A stretch of 64,000 nucleotides of DNA from Eledone cirrhosa (GCA_964016885.1 OZ024744.1:38192001-38256000), one strand, 5' to 3'. Counted from the stretch's first letter, positions 16,641 to 30,894 are shown. Made by a program: numbers and translations. Notes: generated by a model from the sequence alone, not told the origin.

Positions 16641-17144
16641 ATATATATATACATATATATATACATACCTCTGGTCGCATTATTGATGGTGTCACTATTA
16701 CCTAACTCCTTGTGTTCACTCTGATGAGGAGAAATTTATTAATTACTTTATCATCGAGTGCTTTGTGACAGTCTTCGAAATTCGGATGCTAATGTGCTAC
16801 TTTCAACTGCAACTTCGATTATACTCATTGCTGTTATATATTGATAGCTCATCACATTGGTTGATTCTCGAATCTAGAAGTATGATGTGCTATCGATTCC
16901 AGTAAAATCATGCCCGACCACTACCGATCATACCTTGAATTGAGCGATTGCGAAACGCGTGTCACGTGTGAAAAAATACATTGATTATTAACGTTCTGGT
17001 TCCTTAGGAAACCGATAAAGGTGAAGTACCAAATGTAGAATTCCACATCGGCATCCGGACTCATATATATTAGCATTGAGTGTTCAAACTAGTGAACATT
17101 ACATAGCAATACACTGTATATGTATATATAGTGTGTATATATAT

Positions 17145-17191
<47 letters not shown>

Positions 17192-17401
17192 GCTTAAATT
17201 TGGTGATTCACCACTGGATAGATTTGGTCTTTCATTGAAGTAAATCTTGATGTAATATTATGAAAGCACTCGACGAAATACAACTCATCCATCTTTGTTG
17301 TTGATTCATGTTAGTGGTGCTGGAACGGAGTTGAATTGTATTGTAGGGTAAAATGGCAGGAGCTCGGAAAGGTTGTATTCCTTTAGATATTATTGCTGCA
17401 A

Positions 17402-17459
17402 ACACTATGACCATTTCAGTGGCCAGGTTACGTATGAACCCGGTGACATCATCAGGTGT
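17402..17459 (-). ncRNA. Type I hammerhead candidate
   Basis: Minus: ACAC-CTGATGA-..CCGGGTT..AACCTGG..-GAAA-TGGTCA-TA-GTGT; lies in a ~630-bp element bounded by (TA)n at ~17190 and ~17820. Confidence 0.7.
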
Positions 17460-17817
17460 ATAATTGCATAATAGTTATGAAGAAACAGAGAAAGGAAAAG
17501 CGAGAGTGAAACAGATTTGTTTTTGGTATTTGACTAAGAGGTAATTGAATACCCTGTTCTCATTCGGATGGATTCACCCTGAGTGGTTACTCAGTCATGT
17601 TATTTTCTTAAGTGTGCACTGTTTATTGGCTAATACTAACCTTGTCTGACAACATTGGACACAGCACCCCCCCCCTCCAAACGTGTGGTGTACATAGTGT
17701 GGGGTTACAGAGAAGGGGTTCTACAGAGGTCAGTCTAAAGTTAATAGAAAATTACGGGGTGAAATAAGTACATAACAGGAAGAGGAAAGTTTGAGAGTTT
17801 ATACCTAAGGTAGGGCG

Positions 17818-17881
<64 letters not shown>

Positions 17882-18009
17882 AGGTGTATTATTGGTTGTG
17901 TAAAACGGTCCAATAAATTTTTGTTAGCAATATTAAGTTCTCCACGCTTTTGTATATCTCCAATTCTATTCGAGGGAACAGTTAGATGATGTAAAACGGA
18001 GTATAAGTA

Positions 18010-18279
18010 TCAGAATGAAAATCCGAAGGCAAGGTAAATTTCCATTCATTTTAAACACGACACATATTTCAATAAGAGATAGATCGATCGTGCTAATTTT
18101 CTCCCTTATATCGATTGCTAATTTTCTCTCTCATATCAAGAATTTGAAGACAATTCATTTTCACCTGATGAGATCAGTGATAATTGATCATGGCTTCACG
18201 ATCGATCTATCTCTTATTGAAACATGTGTCGTGATTAAAATGATTGGAAATTTTACCTTGCCTTCGGATTTTCATATTG

Positions 18280-18280
<1 letters not shown>
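18010..18280. mobile_element. (TA)n-ending element with ~80-bp inverted arm and hammerhead
   Basis: ATGAAAATCCGAAGGCAAGGTAAA...AATAAGAGATAGATCGATCGTG inverted at ~18197-18276. Confidence 0.75.
18161..18234 (+). ncRNA. Type I hammerhead candidate with long stem II, GUC site
   Basis: TCAC-CTGATGA(18165-71)...GAAA(18219-22)-CATGTG-TC-GTGA; distal CATTTT/AAAATG pairing; base of stem II poorly paired. Confidence 0.6.
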
Positions 18281-18304
<24 letters not shown>

Positions 18305-18311
<7 letters not shown>

Positions 18312-18600
18312 ATAGAGGTGTAACACACGAGTTGTGATATATTAGTAAAAGGAAAAGAAAATGCTGTCAAATTCTTTCCAGTGAAAAATAGTTTAATTAG
18401 GAATAAGTATAAGTTAGTAATAAGTATTGGTTAGTATTCAGTTTTGGTTATAAGTTTTTACCGGTTGCGCATTCAAATGCTTTTCAAAAATAATTTTGAG
18501 ATAGAGAGCTCGTGATGTTTGCTCTAATCTGATTAGAGCAAACATCACGGGCGGTCTATTTTTCACTGGGAAAAATTTGTCAGCATTTTTTTTCCTTTTA

Positions 18601-18604
<4 letters not shown>
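18305..18604. mobile_element. Palindrome family B, copy with deleted right arm
   Basis: Homologous to 47496-47912, same centre TCTAATCTGATTAGA, tail on left, (TA)n both sides. Confidence 0.85.
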
Positions 18605-18668
<64 letters not shown>

Positions 18669-18876
18669 ATAAATATATATATATATTTACACACACGCAC
18701 ACATATATATGTATATATATATATAGTGAAATAAAATAACAACGACGATTGGTTACTCCTTATTTTATTTCACTATAATACATTCTGTCTAACTCTACAC
18801 ATCGACACTGAAGTGAACCTAAACATCGAGTGCTCACCCGGGTGAGCCTACAGTAACTCCAAGTTACTCTCCCTGG

Positions 18877-19005
<129 letters not shown>

Positions 19006-19026
19006 TATATATATATATATATATAT

Positions 19027-19109
<83 letters not shown>

Positions 19110-20004
19110 TATATATATATATATAATATATACATATATATATATATACTTATGCGTGCTTGTGTGTGTGTGTGGGGGGGGTCTGGGTGTGTGTGAGAGA
19201 GAGTGTGTGCATATGTATGTAGAAAGTAGATGGAGAACAACACAACAAATAATACAGTACAATGTAATACACTATGCGTTTCCTGACGCCAACTACATTT
19301 ACAGTGTGCACTGTGTGAGCGTGTGTGTGTTAGTGTGCTGTGTGTGTGTATGTGTGTGTATGAGTAGATACATACACACATAGCTATACATCTTTCTCTA
19401 TCTCTGAATTCCCTTTTTTCTCTCAGCGTTTCTCTCTGGTTTCCCTGCTCCTATAGTTTTCTTTCTCCTATAACTCTCTTTCTCTAGTCCTTAAAATCGA
19501 ATTCTATTAATTGTCTGTTCTCTTTCTTTTTAATTGTCTGTTCTCACTTCCCCCTCCCCAATCTCTTTCTCGGCGTTAGTAAAGTAGTAAGCGTGAGAAG
19601 AGAGGAAGATAAAAATGGGGAGGAGGAGGAGATAGCACGAAAAAGGAAGTTCAAAAGAACATTAAGATGATAGTACAGTAGGATTTTATAAAAAAAAAAC
19701 ACCTCTATATAGATTTCATAAATTACAATATACCAAGAATTGTTTTTAGACTCGTATTTATCAACTTATTTAATTATTTAAAAATCCCGAAAGGTAATTC
19801 TTCACAAGTCGCTTCAAAAATAGTTTATATTATTTAAAGGGACAACAACAAAAAACAAAACCAAAACAAAGATTACCAGGTAACTTTATTTTTACTTTTC
19901 GTTACCTCATCTTACAGTCCATTTTGTATTGTTTAGCCTTCTATCTCTTTCAACGTTATATATTATATAGCAAACTACAACATTTTATTTCGATTATTTA
20001 TTCA

Positions 20005-23000
20005 TTTATTATTGTCATTATTATTATTATTATTATTGTTATTACTCTTTGAGTCTCAGTCATTGATGTTAGTTAACTGGAAAGTTTGTTGAAATGAATA
20101 TCAAGCCACTAGCTGCAGCCTCAGATATTCAGGACGTATCGGAGAGTTCTTGCTGTTCCCAGCAAGCATGCCTTTTGAAGGGGCCAATTTTCTTTAACCA
20201 TCCCTGGAAACTTTTTGAGATAGTACCTAGTGCGCCTATAACAATCGGGACCACTTTGACTTCATCGCAGTTCCAAATCCTTTTTACCTCCCACTTTAAG
20301 TCCTGGTATCGGTTAATTTTCTCCCTCTCCTTCTCTTGCACTCTCGTGTCGAATGGGCAGGCCACATTCACAATCAGGCACGATCTTTTTTCTTTGTCCA
20401 AAACCACCAGGTCAGGTCTATTGTGTTCCAGTTTCTTGTCCGTCTGTATCCTAAAATCCCACAGCACCTTCACCTGATCGTTCTCCATCACCGCCTCTGG
20501 CTTATGCTCATACCACTTCTCAGAATGTGGTAAATTGTTTACTTTGCATAGGTGCCAGTGGATCACCCTGCCCATCACATCATGTCTCCAGCCCTTATAG
20601 TGAGTCTGGGCTAGGTGTTTACACTCGGATACAATGTGAGCCACAGTCTCCTCTCTCTCTACACAGATCCTGCACAGTGGGCTAGCCTCCTCCTTGTAAA
20701 TATGGTGTTTCAACCACTTCGTTTTGAGGGCTTGCTCCTGCGCAGCCATTAACATTCCTTCTGTAGCCTTTTTAAGGTCTCCTCTTTGCAACTAGTTCCA
20801 TGTCTGTGGATCACTGAATTCAGTTTTCTCAAAGAAGGTACTATGAAGGGATTTTTCCTGAAGTCTGCTCTTTCTCCTTGTTGTTATTTCCTCCTTGGAC
20901 ATCCCCTGGTCTATTGTCCTCTCCTTCAGTACAGTTGTGAGCATTGGCTCCTTACTATCAGTCACCTATTTGTGTAGGTTGTTTTTCTCCATCTGAACAC
21001 AGTCCTCTATGCTGATAAGACCACTTCCACCTTCAGATCTTCTTAAGTAGAGTCTATCGACATCACTCCTCTTGTGTAACATATTGTAGATAGTCAATAG
21101 CTTCCTAGTCTTCCTATCCATTTCTTTTTGTTCAGCAACATTCCATCTCAGAATTCCCGCACTGTACCTAATAATAGACACAGCTCGGGAATTTACTGAA
21201 CTTATGGCATTCCTACTGTTCAGATGTGACTTTAATACGCTCCTTACTCTCCGAATGTATTCAGTTCTTATCAATTCCTTCATTTTTTTGTTCTTGATGT
21301 CATCAGCCTCCAGAACACCCAAATACTTGTATCCTTCTTCAGTGTCAATTTCCTTCATCATCTCACCTGTTGGTACCTGGGTTCCGTTACTTCTGCTCAA
21401 TTTGCCCCTCTTCATCACAAGGACTCCACACTTACTAATACCAAATTGCATACATATATCATTGCTGAAAATACGGACAGTGTCAACAAGCACATCCAAC
21501 TCCTTCTCACTCTTCCCGAAGAGCTTAAGATCGTCCATGAAGAGGAGGTGATTGATGGTAGGCTCTCCCTTTCCAAACTTGTATCCTGCTCTCACTTTTC
21601 GCAGTATAATGGTCAGGGGCATCAGGGCAAGGCCAAACAACAGAGGGGACAGACTATCTCCCTGGAAGATACCTCTCTTGATCTTCACGCCTCCCAAGGA
21701 TTCTCCTGCTGATGGTAACTCTGTTTCCCAGGACCTCATACTCTTGCCCAACAACTGTCTGATGTTATCTGCCACCTTGAAGAACTCCAGGCTTTTGGTG
21801 ATCCAAGAATGAGGCACCATGTCAAATGCCTTTTTGTAGTCTATCCATGCCATGGCAAGACCAGTGTGTCTCCTCCTGCAATTCCCCATTACCATCTTAT
21901 CAATAAGTAACTGGTCCTTTGTACCACGTGACTTCTTTCGGCATCCTTTCTGTTCGTCCGGTAACAAGTTGTTTGTATGGAGGTGATGGTAGATTGCCTC
22001 AGACATAATGCTTGTCAACAGTTTCCACATTACGGACAGACATGTGATAGGTCTATAGTTGGTAACATCATTACCCTTGATTCGGTCTTTCATTATCAGA
22101 ACTGTGGTACCTTTTGGCAACCACTCTGGTACCTCACCTAACATCAAGCAGTCATTGAACATGGTTGTCAGTTTCGGGTGGAGGGATGTTATATTTTTAA
22201 TCCAATACCCCTGCACACCATCTGGGCCTGGTGATTTCCAGTTGGTTAGATTTTTGGCCTGCCCCTTATGAGTTTCAACTGTGATACTCAAATCAGTTTT
22301 TTGGTGTGCCTGTTCACTAATCTCCTTCTGTACTGTCTCAATCCACACTGCCTGGTCATTATGTTTATCATCCTGCTCCCATATTCCTCTCCAGAATGTT
22401 TTAGTTTGTTCCGCATCAGGGATCAAGTCGTTGCCTCTTTCTTTCCCTTCAAGCTGTCCAAACAGCATCTTCTGGTTGTTGTCAAACATGCAGTTCTGTC
22501 TATACTGACTCTGCTCTCGTATCGCCTAATTTTTGCGCTCTTTGTTACAATGTGTTGCTTCAGTTCCTCTATGATAATATTTAGCTTTTTCCTCCTAGTT
22601 TTGTACTTTATTTCCAGTCTATTTTTAGTGTCTCTGTTTTTTAGTGTCCCATTCAGTAGGGACTCAAGCTTTCCAATGTCATTTCTCATTTCCCTGATTT
22701 GACCACTTAGTCGTTTCTTCCACCAAGGCTCTGATCTTTCTTGTTTGTTGTTTTCTCTCGCTTTTATACCAAGTAATTTCCTCACCGTATTTGCTGTTGC
22801 TTTCAGGATATTGTTGCACTGGTGAAGGCTCCTCGCCGCAAGGTATGGGATGACTTTGTTTACCTTAGCTGTTGTTTCTTTTAACTTTTTCCTGTCTACA
22901 AGTCTTAGGTTCATAGATTTCCCCGCTATCATTGTTCAATTCATCTACCACTAAGTTTAGGATATCAACCAAATCTTGTCCTAGCCCGTCAGCATTCATC

Positions 23001-24800
23001 TCTTCAATGGCCTCTGTTCCAGGTATTATTTATTTCAGCATTCAGATCATTGTCTGCTTCGGATGGTTCCTCCGTTCTCTCAACCGCTTCACCTTCATTT
23101 CCCACTGGCTCGTTTGCCTGGCATACTCCACCCTCCATTTCCAAGCTAATCTCTCTGTTCAGTTCCTCCAGTTCCAGCTCGCTTATCCACCCATTAGTTC
23201 TTATTACCCGAGCCTGCCCGGCCAATTTTTGTTCATCTAATTTAAATAGACCAATCTCGTTCCAGATGTTATGCATCCGTTTCCTATAGCCTTTCTCCTT
23301 GGGGTTACTCTTCAGGTAACATTGCATAACAGTTCTATTCAATTCTTTCGTCCAGTTGGTTCTGGTCCCTTTCCTTCTTCTTCTTCGTCCGACACCAGCA
23401 GTATTTGATTGACAGCCAGGTCCCTGATGCTGAGCCAGGGAGCACCTGCTGGGTGAGAGTCTGTCACATTACATTCTAGTCTCCACTTCACCGTTATTCG
23501 AACTGTTTAGGTTCGACATTTAAACACTCTTATCGAGGATTGGTGAATGTATGGTTACATAACCACCGGTGATTTCATCACTCCCGGTGATTTTTGTGTA
23601 GCACTATCACGCTGTAGACGAACATAAATAAACAAACAAACAAACAGGCAAAAAAAAAAAAAAAGAATAAGCATAAGTTTCATTGTAATGTAATGTTTGA
23701 ATGTCTGACTTAGTTTTTCCCTTCCCTTCCCTTCTCTGTGCGTCTGTTTGTTTTTCTTTTCATTTTTCTTTTCTTTACGTTTTTCGTTGTTGCTGTGCTG
23801 CTTTGATTTTTATTTTTGTTTTTTTTTATATTGACCGGGTCATCAAATCAGTCTATTTATATATTTTGATGCCTTCCTCTTTTAGTGGGGACACTACGAT
23901 GTAGCAGGAGGTAGTGGGAGAGAATAGCGGCGGTAGTGATAATGAGGCAGTGGTGGTGGTGGTGGTGGTGGTGGTGGTGGTGGTGGTGGTGTTGGTGATG
24001 TGCTAGTAGTACTTAGCAGGAGGTAGTGGGAGAGAATAGCGGCGATAGCGATAATGAGGCAGCGGTGTTGGTGATGTGATCGTAGTAGTGTTGTGATGGT
24101 GTTGAAGTTGAAGTAGAAATAGAAGTTGAGGTAACTTGACCAGAGATTTTATCGTGGTAGTGGTGGTGGTGTTGGTGGTGAAATTATCTTTTCTGTCCAC
24201 TTAGCCATTTAGTTATTTAGCTATTTAGTCATTTTGCCATTTTCATCCTTTTCGACTCTAACATTCCTGATCCAAAATTAAATATTAATATTGTTTATTA
24301 ATATTGTCTAGTGATACCGCCACCTTCCCCTTTCGTAAGTTAACAGAAGGTAATGGGGAAATAGCGGTGGTAGCAATGAAAGAGTGGTGGCGGCGGGGAT
24401 GGGATAGTGGTAGCAATGATGGATGGAGTGGTGGCGGCGGTGACTATAGTGATGGCGTTGTCGTTACTGAGTTTTGTTGAATAGACTGTAGTTTGTTTGA
24501 TCGTTTGATCGGCGTATCTATGCGGTTTGTCGCGTATGTTTAATATATGTGTTGACATATTTTTCTTAATATTGGAATTAAACATTTTGTGAAAACTTGA
24601 GACAATAATAATAGTAATTATTATTATTATTATGCTGGGATTGGTGGTGGTGGTGGTGGTAAAATTGCCGTTATCTGGCTGTTGTATTTAGTGTACACAG
24701 GGGGATGATGGGATAGGTGGTGTATCTAGTTTGTGGTGTTGGTGAAATTGCTGATATTTGGCTGTTCTATATAGTGTAGACAGAGGGGTTTTCTTCCATT
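20005..24800 (-). mobile_element. R4/Dong-clade non-LTR retrotransposon copy 1, (TAA)n tail, ~1.3-kb leader
   Basis: Single long ORF remnant, ~80-nt 3' UTR, then (TAA)n; homologous to copy 2 up to TTCCATTT at ~24800. Confidence 0.9.
20121..23519 (-). pseudogene. Disrupted RT-CCHC-RLE ORF of copy 1
   Basis: Myb-like WTKELN..YRKRMHNIW; RT motifs [31 protein letters not shown]; CRIC..H....C knuckle, RHD, RPD; ends KACLLGTARTLRYVLNI*; several stops and frameshifts. Confidence 0.92.
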
Positions 24801-24816
24801 TATTATTATTCTTCCA

Positions 24817-24819
<3 letters not shown>

Positions 24820-24858
<39 letters not shown>

Positions 24859-27800
24859 GTTATTACTCTTTGAGTCTCAGTCATTGATGTTAGTTAACTG
24901 GAAAGTTTGTTGAAATGAATATCAAGCCACTAGCTGCAGCCTCAGATATTCAGGACGTATCGGAGGGTTCTTGATGTTCCCAGCAAGCATGCCTTTTGAA
25001 GCGTTCCAAAAAGCGTGAAAGGGGCAAATTTTCTTTAACCATCCCTGGAAACTTTTTGAGATAGTCCCTAGTGCGCCTATGACAATCGGGATCACTTTGA
25101 CTTCATGGCAGTTCCAAATCCTTTTTACCTCCCACTTTAAGTCCTGGTATCGGTTAATTTTCTCCCTCTCCTTCTCTTGCACTCTCGTGTCGAATGGGCA
25201 GGCCACATCCACAATCAGGCACGATCTTTTTTCTTTGTCCAAAACCACCAGGTCAGGTCTATTGTGTTCCAGTTTCTTGTCCGTCTGTATCCTAAAATCC
25301 CACAGCACCTTCACCTGATCGTTTTCTATCACCGCCTCTGGCTTATGCTCATACCATTTCTCAGAATGTGGTAAATTGTTTACTTTGCACAGGTGCCAGT
25401 GGATCACCCTGCCCATCACATCATGTCTCCAGCCCTTATAGTGAGTCTGGGCTAGGTGTTTACTCTCGGATACAATGTGAGCCACAGTCTCCTCTCTCTC
25501 TCCACAGATCCTACATAGTGGGCCAGCCTCCTCCTTGTAAATATGGTGTTTCAACCACTTCGTTTTGAGGGCCTGCTCCTGCGCAGCCATTAACATTCCT
25601 TCTGTAGCCTTTTTAAGGTCTCCTCTTTTCAACCAGTTCCATGTCTGTGGATCTCTAAATTCAGTTTTCTCAAAGAAGGTACTATGAAGGGATTTTTCCT
25701 GAAGGCTGCTCTTTCTCCTTGATGTTATTTCCTCCTTGGACATACCCTGGCCTATTGTCCCCTCCTTCAGTACAGCTCTGAGCATTGGCTCCTTACTATC
25801 AGTCACGTATTTGTGTAGGTTGTTTTTCTCCATCTGAACACAGTCCTCTATGCTGATAAGACCTCTTCCACCCTCGGATCTCCTTAAGTAGAGTCTATCG
25901 ACATCACTCCTCTTGTGGAACATATTGTAGATAGTCAATAGCTTTCTAGTCTTCCTATCCATTTCTTTTTGTTCAGCAACATTCCATCTCAGAATTCCCG
26001 CACTGTACCTAATAATAGACACAGCTCGGGTATTTACTGCACTTATGACATTCCTACTGTTCAGATGTGACTTCAATACGCTCCTTACTCTCTGAATGTA
26101 TTTAGTTCTTATCAATTCCTTCATTTTTTTGTTTTTGATGCCATCAGCCTCCAGAACGCCCACACACTTGTATCCTTCTTCAGAGTCAATTTCTTTTATC
26201 ATCTCACCTGTTGGTATCTGGATTCCGTTACTTCTGCTCAACTTACTCCTCCTCATCACAATGACTCCATACTTACTAATACCAAATTGCATACATATAT
26301 CATTGCTGAAAATACGGACAGTGTCAACAAGCACATCCAACTCCTTCTCACTCTTCCCGAAGAGCTTAAGATCGTCCATGAAGAGGAGGTGATTGATGGT
26401 AAGCCCTCCCTTTCACAACCTGTATCCTGCTCTCACTTTTCGCAGTACACTGCTCAGGGGCATCAGGGCAAGGACAAACAACAGAGCGGACAGACTATCT
26501 CCCTGGAAGATACCTCTCTTGATCTTCACGCTTCCCAAGGATTCTCCAGTTGATGTTAACTCTGTTTCCCAGGACTTCATACTTTTGCCCAACAACTGCC
26601 TGATGTTATCTGCCACCCTGAAGATCTCCAGGCTTTTGGTGATCCAAGAATGAGGCACCATGTCAAATGCCTTTTTGTAGCCTATCCATCCCATGGCAAG
26701 ACCAGTGTGTCTCCTATTGCAATTCCTCATTACCATCTTAACAATAAGTAACTGGTCCTTTGTACCACGTGACTTCTTTCGGCATCCTTTCTGTTCGTCC
26801 GGTAACAAGTTGTTTGTGTGGAGGTGATGGTAGATTTCCTCAGACATAATGCTTGTCAACAGTTTCCACATTACGGACAGACATGTGATAGGTCTATAGT
26901 TGGTAACATCATTACCCTTGATTCGGTCTTTCATTATCAGAACTGTGGTACCTTTTGTCAACCACTCTGGTACCTCACCTGACATCAAGCAGTCATTGAA
27001 CATGGTTGTCAGTTTCGGGAGGAAGGATGTTATGTTTTAAATCCAATACACCTGCACACCATCTGGGCCAGGTGATTTCCAGTTGGTTAGTTTTTTGGCC
27101 TACCCCTTAAGAGTTTCAACTGTGATACTCAAATCAGTTTGTTGGCGTGCCTGTTCACTGATCTCCTTCTGTACTGTCTCAATCCACACTGCCTGGTCAT
27201 TATGTTTAACATCCTGCTCCCATATTCCTCTCCAGAATGTTTTAGTTTGTTCCGCCTCAGGGATCAAGTCGTTGCCTCTTTCTTTCCCTTCAAGCTGTCC
27301 AAACAGCATCTTCTGGTTGTTGTCGAACATGCGGTTCTGTCTATACGGACTGACTCTGCTCTCGTATCGCCTAATTTTTGCACTTTTTGCTACAATGCGT
27401 TGCTTCAGTTCCTCTATGATAATATTTAGCTTTTTCCTCCTAGTTTTGTTCTTTATTTCCAGTCTATTTTTAATGTCTATGTTTTTTAGTGTACCATTCA
27501 GTAGGGACTCAAGCTTTCCAATGTCATTTCTCATTTCCCTGATTTGACCACTCAGTAGTTTCTTCCACCAATGCTCTGCTCTTTCTTGTCTGTTGTTTCC
27601 TCTCGCTTTTATACGAAGTAGTTTGCTCACCGTATTTGCTGTTGCTTTGAGGATACTTTTGCACTGGTGAAGGCTCCTCGCCTCAAGGTATGGGATGACT
27701 TTGTTTACCTTAGCTGTTGTTTCTTTTAACTTTTTCCTGTCTACAAATCTTAGGTTCATAGGTCTCCCACTATCATTGTTCAATTCATCTACCACTAAGT

Positions 27801-29990
27801 TTAGGATATCTACCAAATCTTGTCCTAGCCCGTCACCATTCATCTTCTCAGTGGCCGTATCTCTGTTCCAGGTATTATTTATCTCAGCATTCAGATCATT
27901 GTCTGTTTCGGATGTTTCCTCCGTTCTCTCGACCTCTTCATCTTCATTTCCCACTGGCTCGTTTGCCTGGCATACTCCACCCTCCATCTCCAAGCTAATC
28001 TCTCTGCCCAGTTCCTCCAGTTCCAGCACGCTTATCCACCCATTAGTTCTTATTACCCGAGCCTGCCCGGCCAGTTTTTGTTGATCTAATTTAAATGGAC
28101 CAATCTCGTTCCAGATGTTATGCATCCTTTTCCTATAGCCTTTCTCCTTGGGGTTACTCTTCAGGTAACATTGCATAACAGTTCTATTCAATTCTTTCGT
28201 CCAGTTGGTTCTGGTCTCTTTCCTTCTTCTTCTTCCTCCGACACCAGCTGCTGCTGAGCCAGGGAGCACCTGTTGGGTGAGAGTCTGTCACATGAAATTC
28301 TAGTCTCCATTTCACCGTTATTCGAACTGTTTAATTTCGACATTTAAACACTCTTATCGAGGATTGGCGAATGTATGGTTACATAACCACCGGTGCATTA
28401 CTCGTCTCCGGTGGTTTCGTCACTCCACGTGACTTTTGTGTGACATTATCACGCTGTAGACGAACCCAAACAAATAAACAAACAAACAGGCAGAAAAAAC
28501 CCCAAAAATGAATAAGCATAAGTTTCATTGTAATGTAGTGTTTGAATGTCTGACTTAGTTTTTCCCTTCCCTTCTCTGTCCGTCCGTTTGTTTTTCTCTT
28601 CATTTTTATTTCATTTACGTTTTTCGTTGTTGTTGTGCTGCTTTGATTTTTATTTTTGTTGTTTTTTTTTCATTTTGACCGGGTCATCAATTCAGTCTAT
28701 TTATATATTTTGATGTTTTCCTCTTTTAGTGGGAATTCTACAATGTAGCAGCGGATAGCGGGAGAGAATAGCGGCGGTAGTGATACTGAGGCAGCGGCGG
28801 CGGGGTGGTGGCGGTGCTGTGCTAGCAGCAACTAGCAGCAGGTAGTGGGAGGGAATAGCGGCGGTAGCGATAGTGAGGAAGCGGTGGTGGTGATGTGGTC
28901 GTATTACTTTGTTAAAACTAAAACTTGATTTTGAATATTGTTTTTTTTTGTTTGTTTTTATTTTGATCGGGTCATCAATTCAGTCTATTTATATATTTCG
29001 ATGTTTTCCTCTTTTAGTGAGAATTCTACAATGTAGCAGGGGGTAGCGGGAGAGAATAGCGGCGGTAGTGATATTGAGGCAGCGGCGGCGGTGGCGGTGC
29101 TGTGCTAGCAGCAACTAGCAGGAGGTAGTGGGAGAGAATAGCGGCGGTAGTGATAGTGAGGCAGCGGTGGTGGTGATGTGGTCGTATTACTGTAGTGATG
29201 GTGTTGAAGTTGGAGTAGAAATTTGAGTCGACTTGACCAGAGTTTTCATCGTGGTAGTGGTGGTGGTTTTGGTGCTGAAATTATCTTTAATGAAATTATC
29301 GTTAGTCGCGTATATGCGTTGACATTTACCCATAATATTGGAATTAAACATTTTGTTAAAACTAAAACTTGATTTTGATTATTGTTTTTTTTTTTTTTTA
29401 ATATTTATTTTGATCGGGTCATCAATTCAGTCTATTTATATATTTCGATGTTTTCCTCTTTTAGTGAGAATTCTACAATGTAGCAGGGGCTAGCGGGAGA
29501 GAATAGCGGCGGTAGTGATATTGAGGCAGCGGCGGCGATGGCGGTGCTGTGCTAGCAGCAACTAGCAGGAGGTAGTGGGAGAGAATAGCGACGGTAGCGA
29601 TAGTGAGGCAGCGGTGGTGGTGATGTGGTCGTATTACTGTAGTGATGGTGTTGAAGTTGGAGTAGAAATTTGAGTCGACTTGACCAGAGTTTTCATCGTG
29701 GTAGTGGTGGTGGTATTGGTGGTGAAATTATCGTTAGTCGCGTGTATGTGTTGACATTTATTGGAATTAAACATTTTGTTAAAACTAAAACTTGAGGCAA
29801 TAGTAATAATAATTATTATTATTATGCTGAGATTGGTGGTGGTGGTGGTGAAATTGCCGTTATCGGGTTGTTGTGTTTAGTGTACACAGAGGGGTGATGG
29901 GGTAGGTGGTGTATCTAGTTTCTGATGTTGGTGAAATTGCTGTTATTTGGCTGTTCTATATAGTGTAGACAGAGGGGGTTTCCTTCCATT
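24820..29990 (-). mobile_element. R4/Dong-clade retrotransposon copy 2, leader with internal repeats
   Basis: Same 3' UTR and (TAA)n tail; same 5' boundary (TTCCATTT ~29990). Confidence 0.9.
24942..28343 (-). pseudogene. Disrupted RT-CCHC-RLE ORF of copy 2
   Basis: Track ORFs 27100-28269, 26413-27003 and 24922-26379 join through stops and frameshifts; ATG at 28343; RPD..IVDVAC..EK retained; last knuckle Cys is Ser. Confidence 0.92.
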
Positions 29991-30249
29991 TATAACCATT
30001 TTCTTTTTGAATATAAAATGTATAATACAAAATTGAATATTTGAGCGATATAACAATATATTGTGGATCCGAATTTTTTAGGACTCAAGCTGGATGTCTT
30101 ATGCAACATTTGTACTAAGAATTGTTATTTCACAATTGATTTAAATATGTTAAAAAATCAAAACTTACGGGAGCGATTTCTCGACTTTCTATCCACAATG
30201 TGTGTCTTCTTCCCTATTCTTCTTCTTCTTATTATTATTATTATTATTA

Positions 30250-30295
<46 letters not shown>

Positions 30296-30826
30296 TATAT
30301 TATTTATCCAGTGTTATTTCTGCTTTGTGTTGGGCTGGCAAATAGTATCACCAATATAAGGACCAAAGGAAACATGGTCTCCTTCATCTGGTCTGATGAT
30401 CAGCTCCTTTTCTTTCTCTTTTAAAGAAATAATATCTCTGGCATTAAAAATTTAATGTTGGCTTTTTTGGTTGTGCGTTTTCTAATCTGCTTCCTATGGA
30501 CAATGTTGATTATCCGGGCATTACATGAATATATAAGAGCGTTCGAAACAAAAGAAAAGTCGTTAAGTGGGTAAATACTTCTAGTAATGTAGTTACAAAT
30601 ATTTGAATATGCAGAACTGGCGTGTTTATTATAAGCGCCATTTTAATTTCTTTTCTTCATAAACATATAGTCACAAGCTCTTAATCGATACAGTGAAATT
30701 CCATAAATAAAATAAAATTAAGAAAAAGAATGAATGGAATAATTGGAAACATTTCATTTCAAATTCAAAATCTATGTAATTAACATTGTTCTTTACACAC
30801 ACACACACACACACTCACACTCACAC

Positions 30827-30894
<68 letters not shown>

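Noticed and set aside
16713-16795. CTGATGA-GGAGA...TCTTC-GAAA hammerhead
   Set aside because: Position 17 would be G and no stem I forms; at most a dead relic.
16905-16972. GAAACGCGTGTC hammerhead half
   Set aside because: Upstream core reads CCGACCA; too degenerate to call.
20094-28084. Plus-strand ORFs over the Dong elements
   Set aside because: Antisense shadows of the retroelement ORF.
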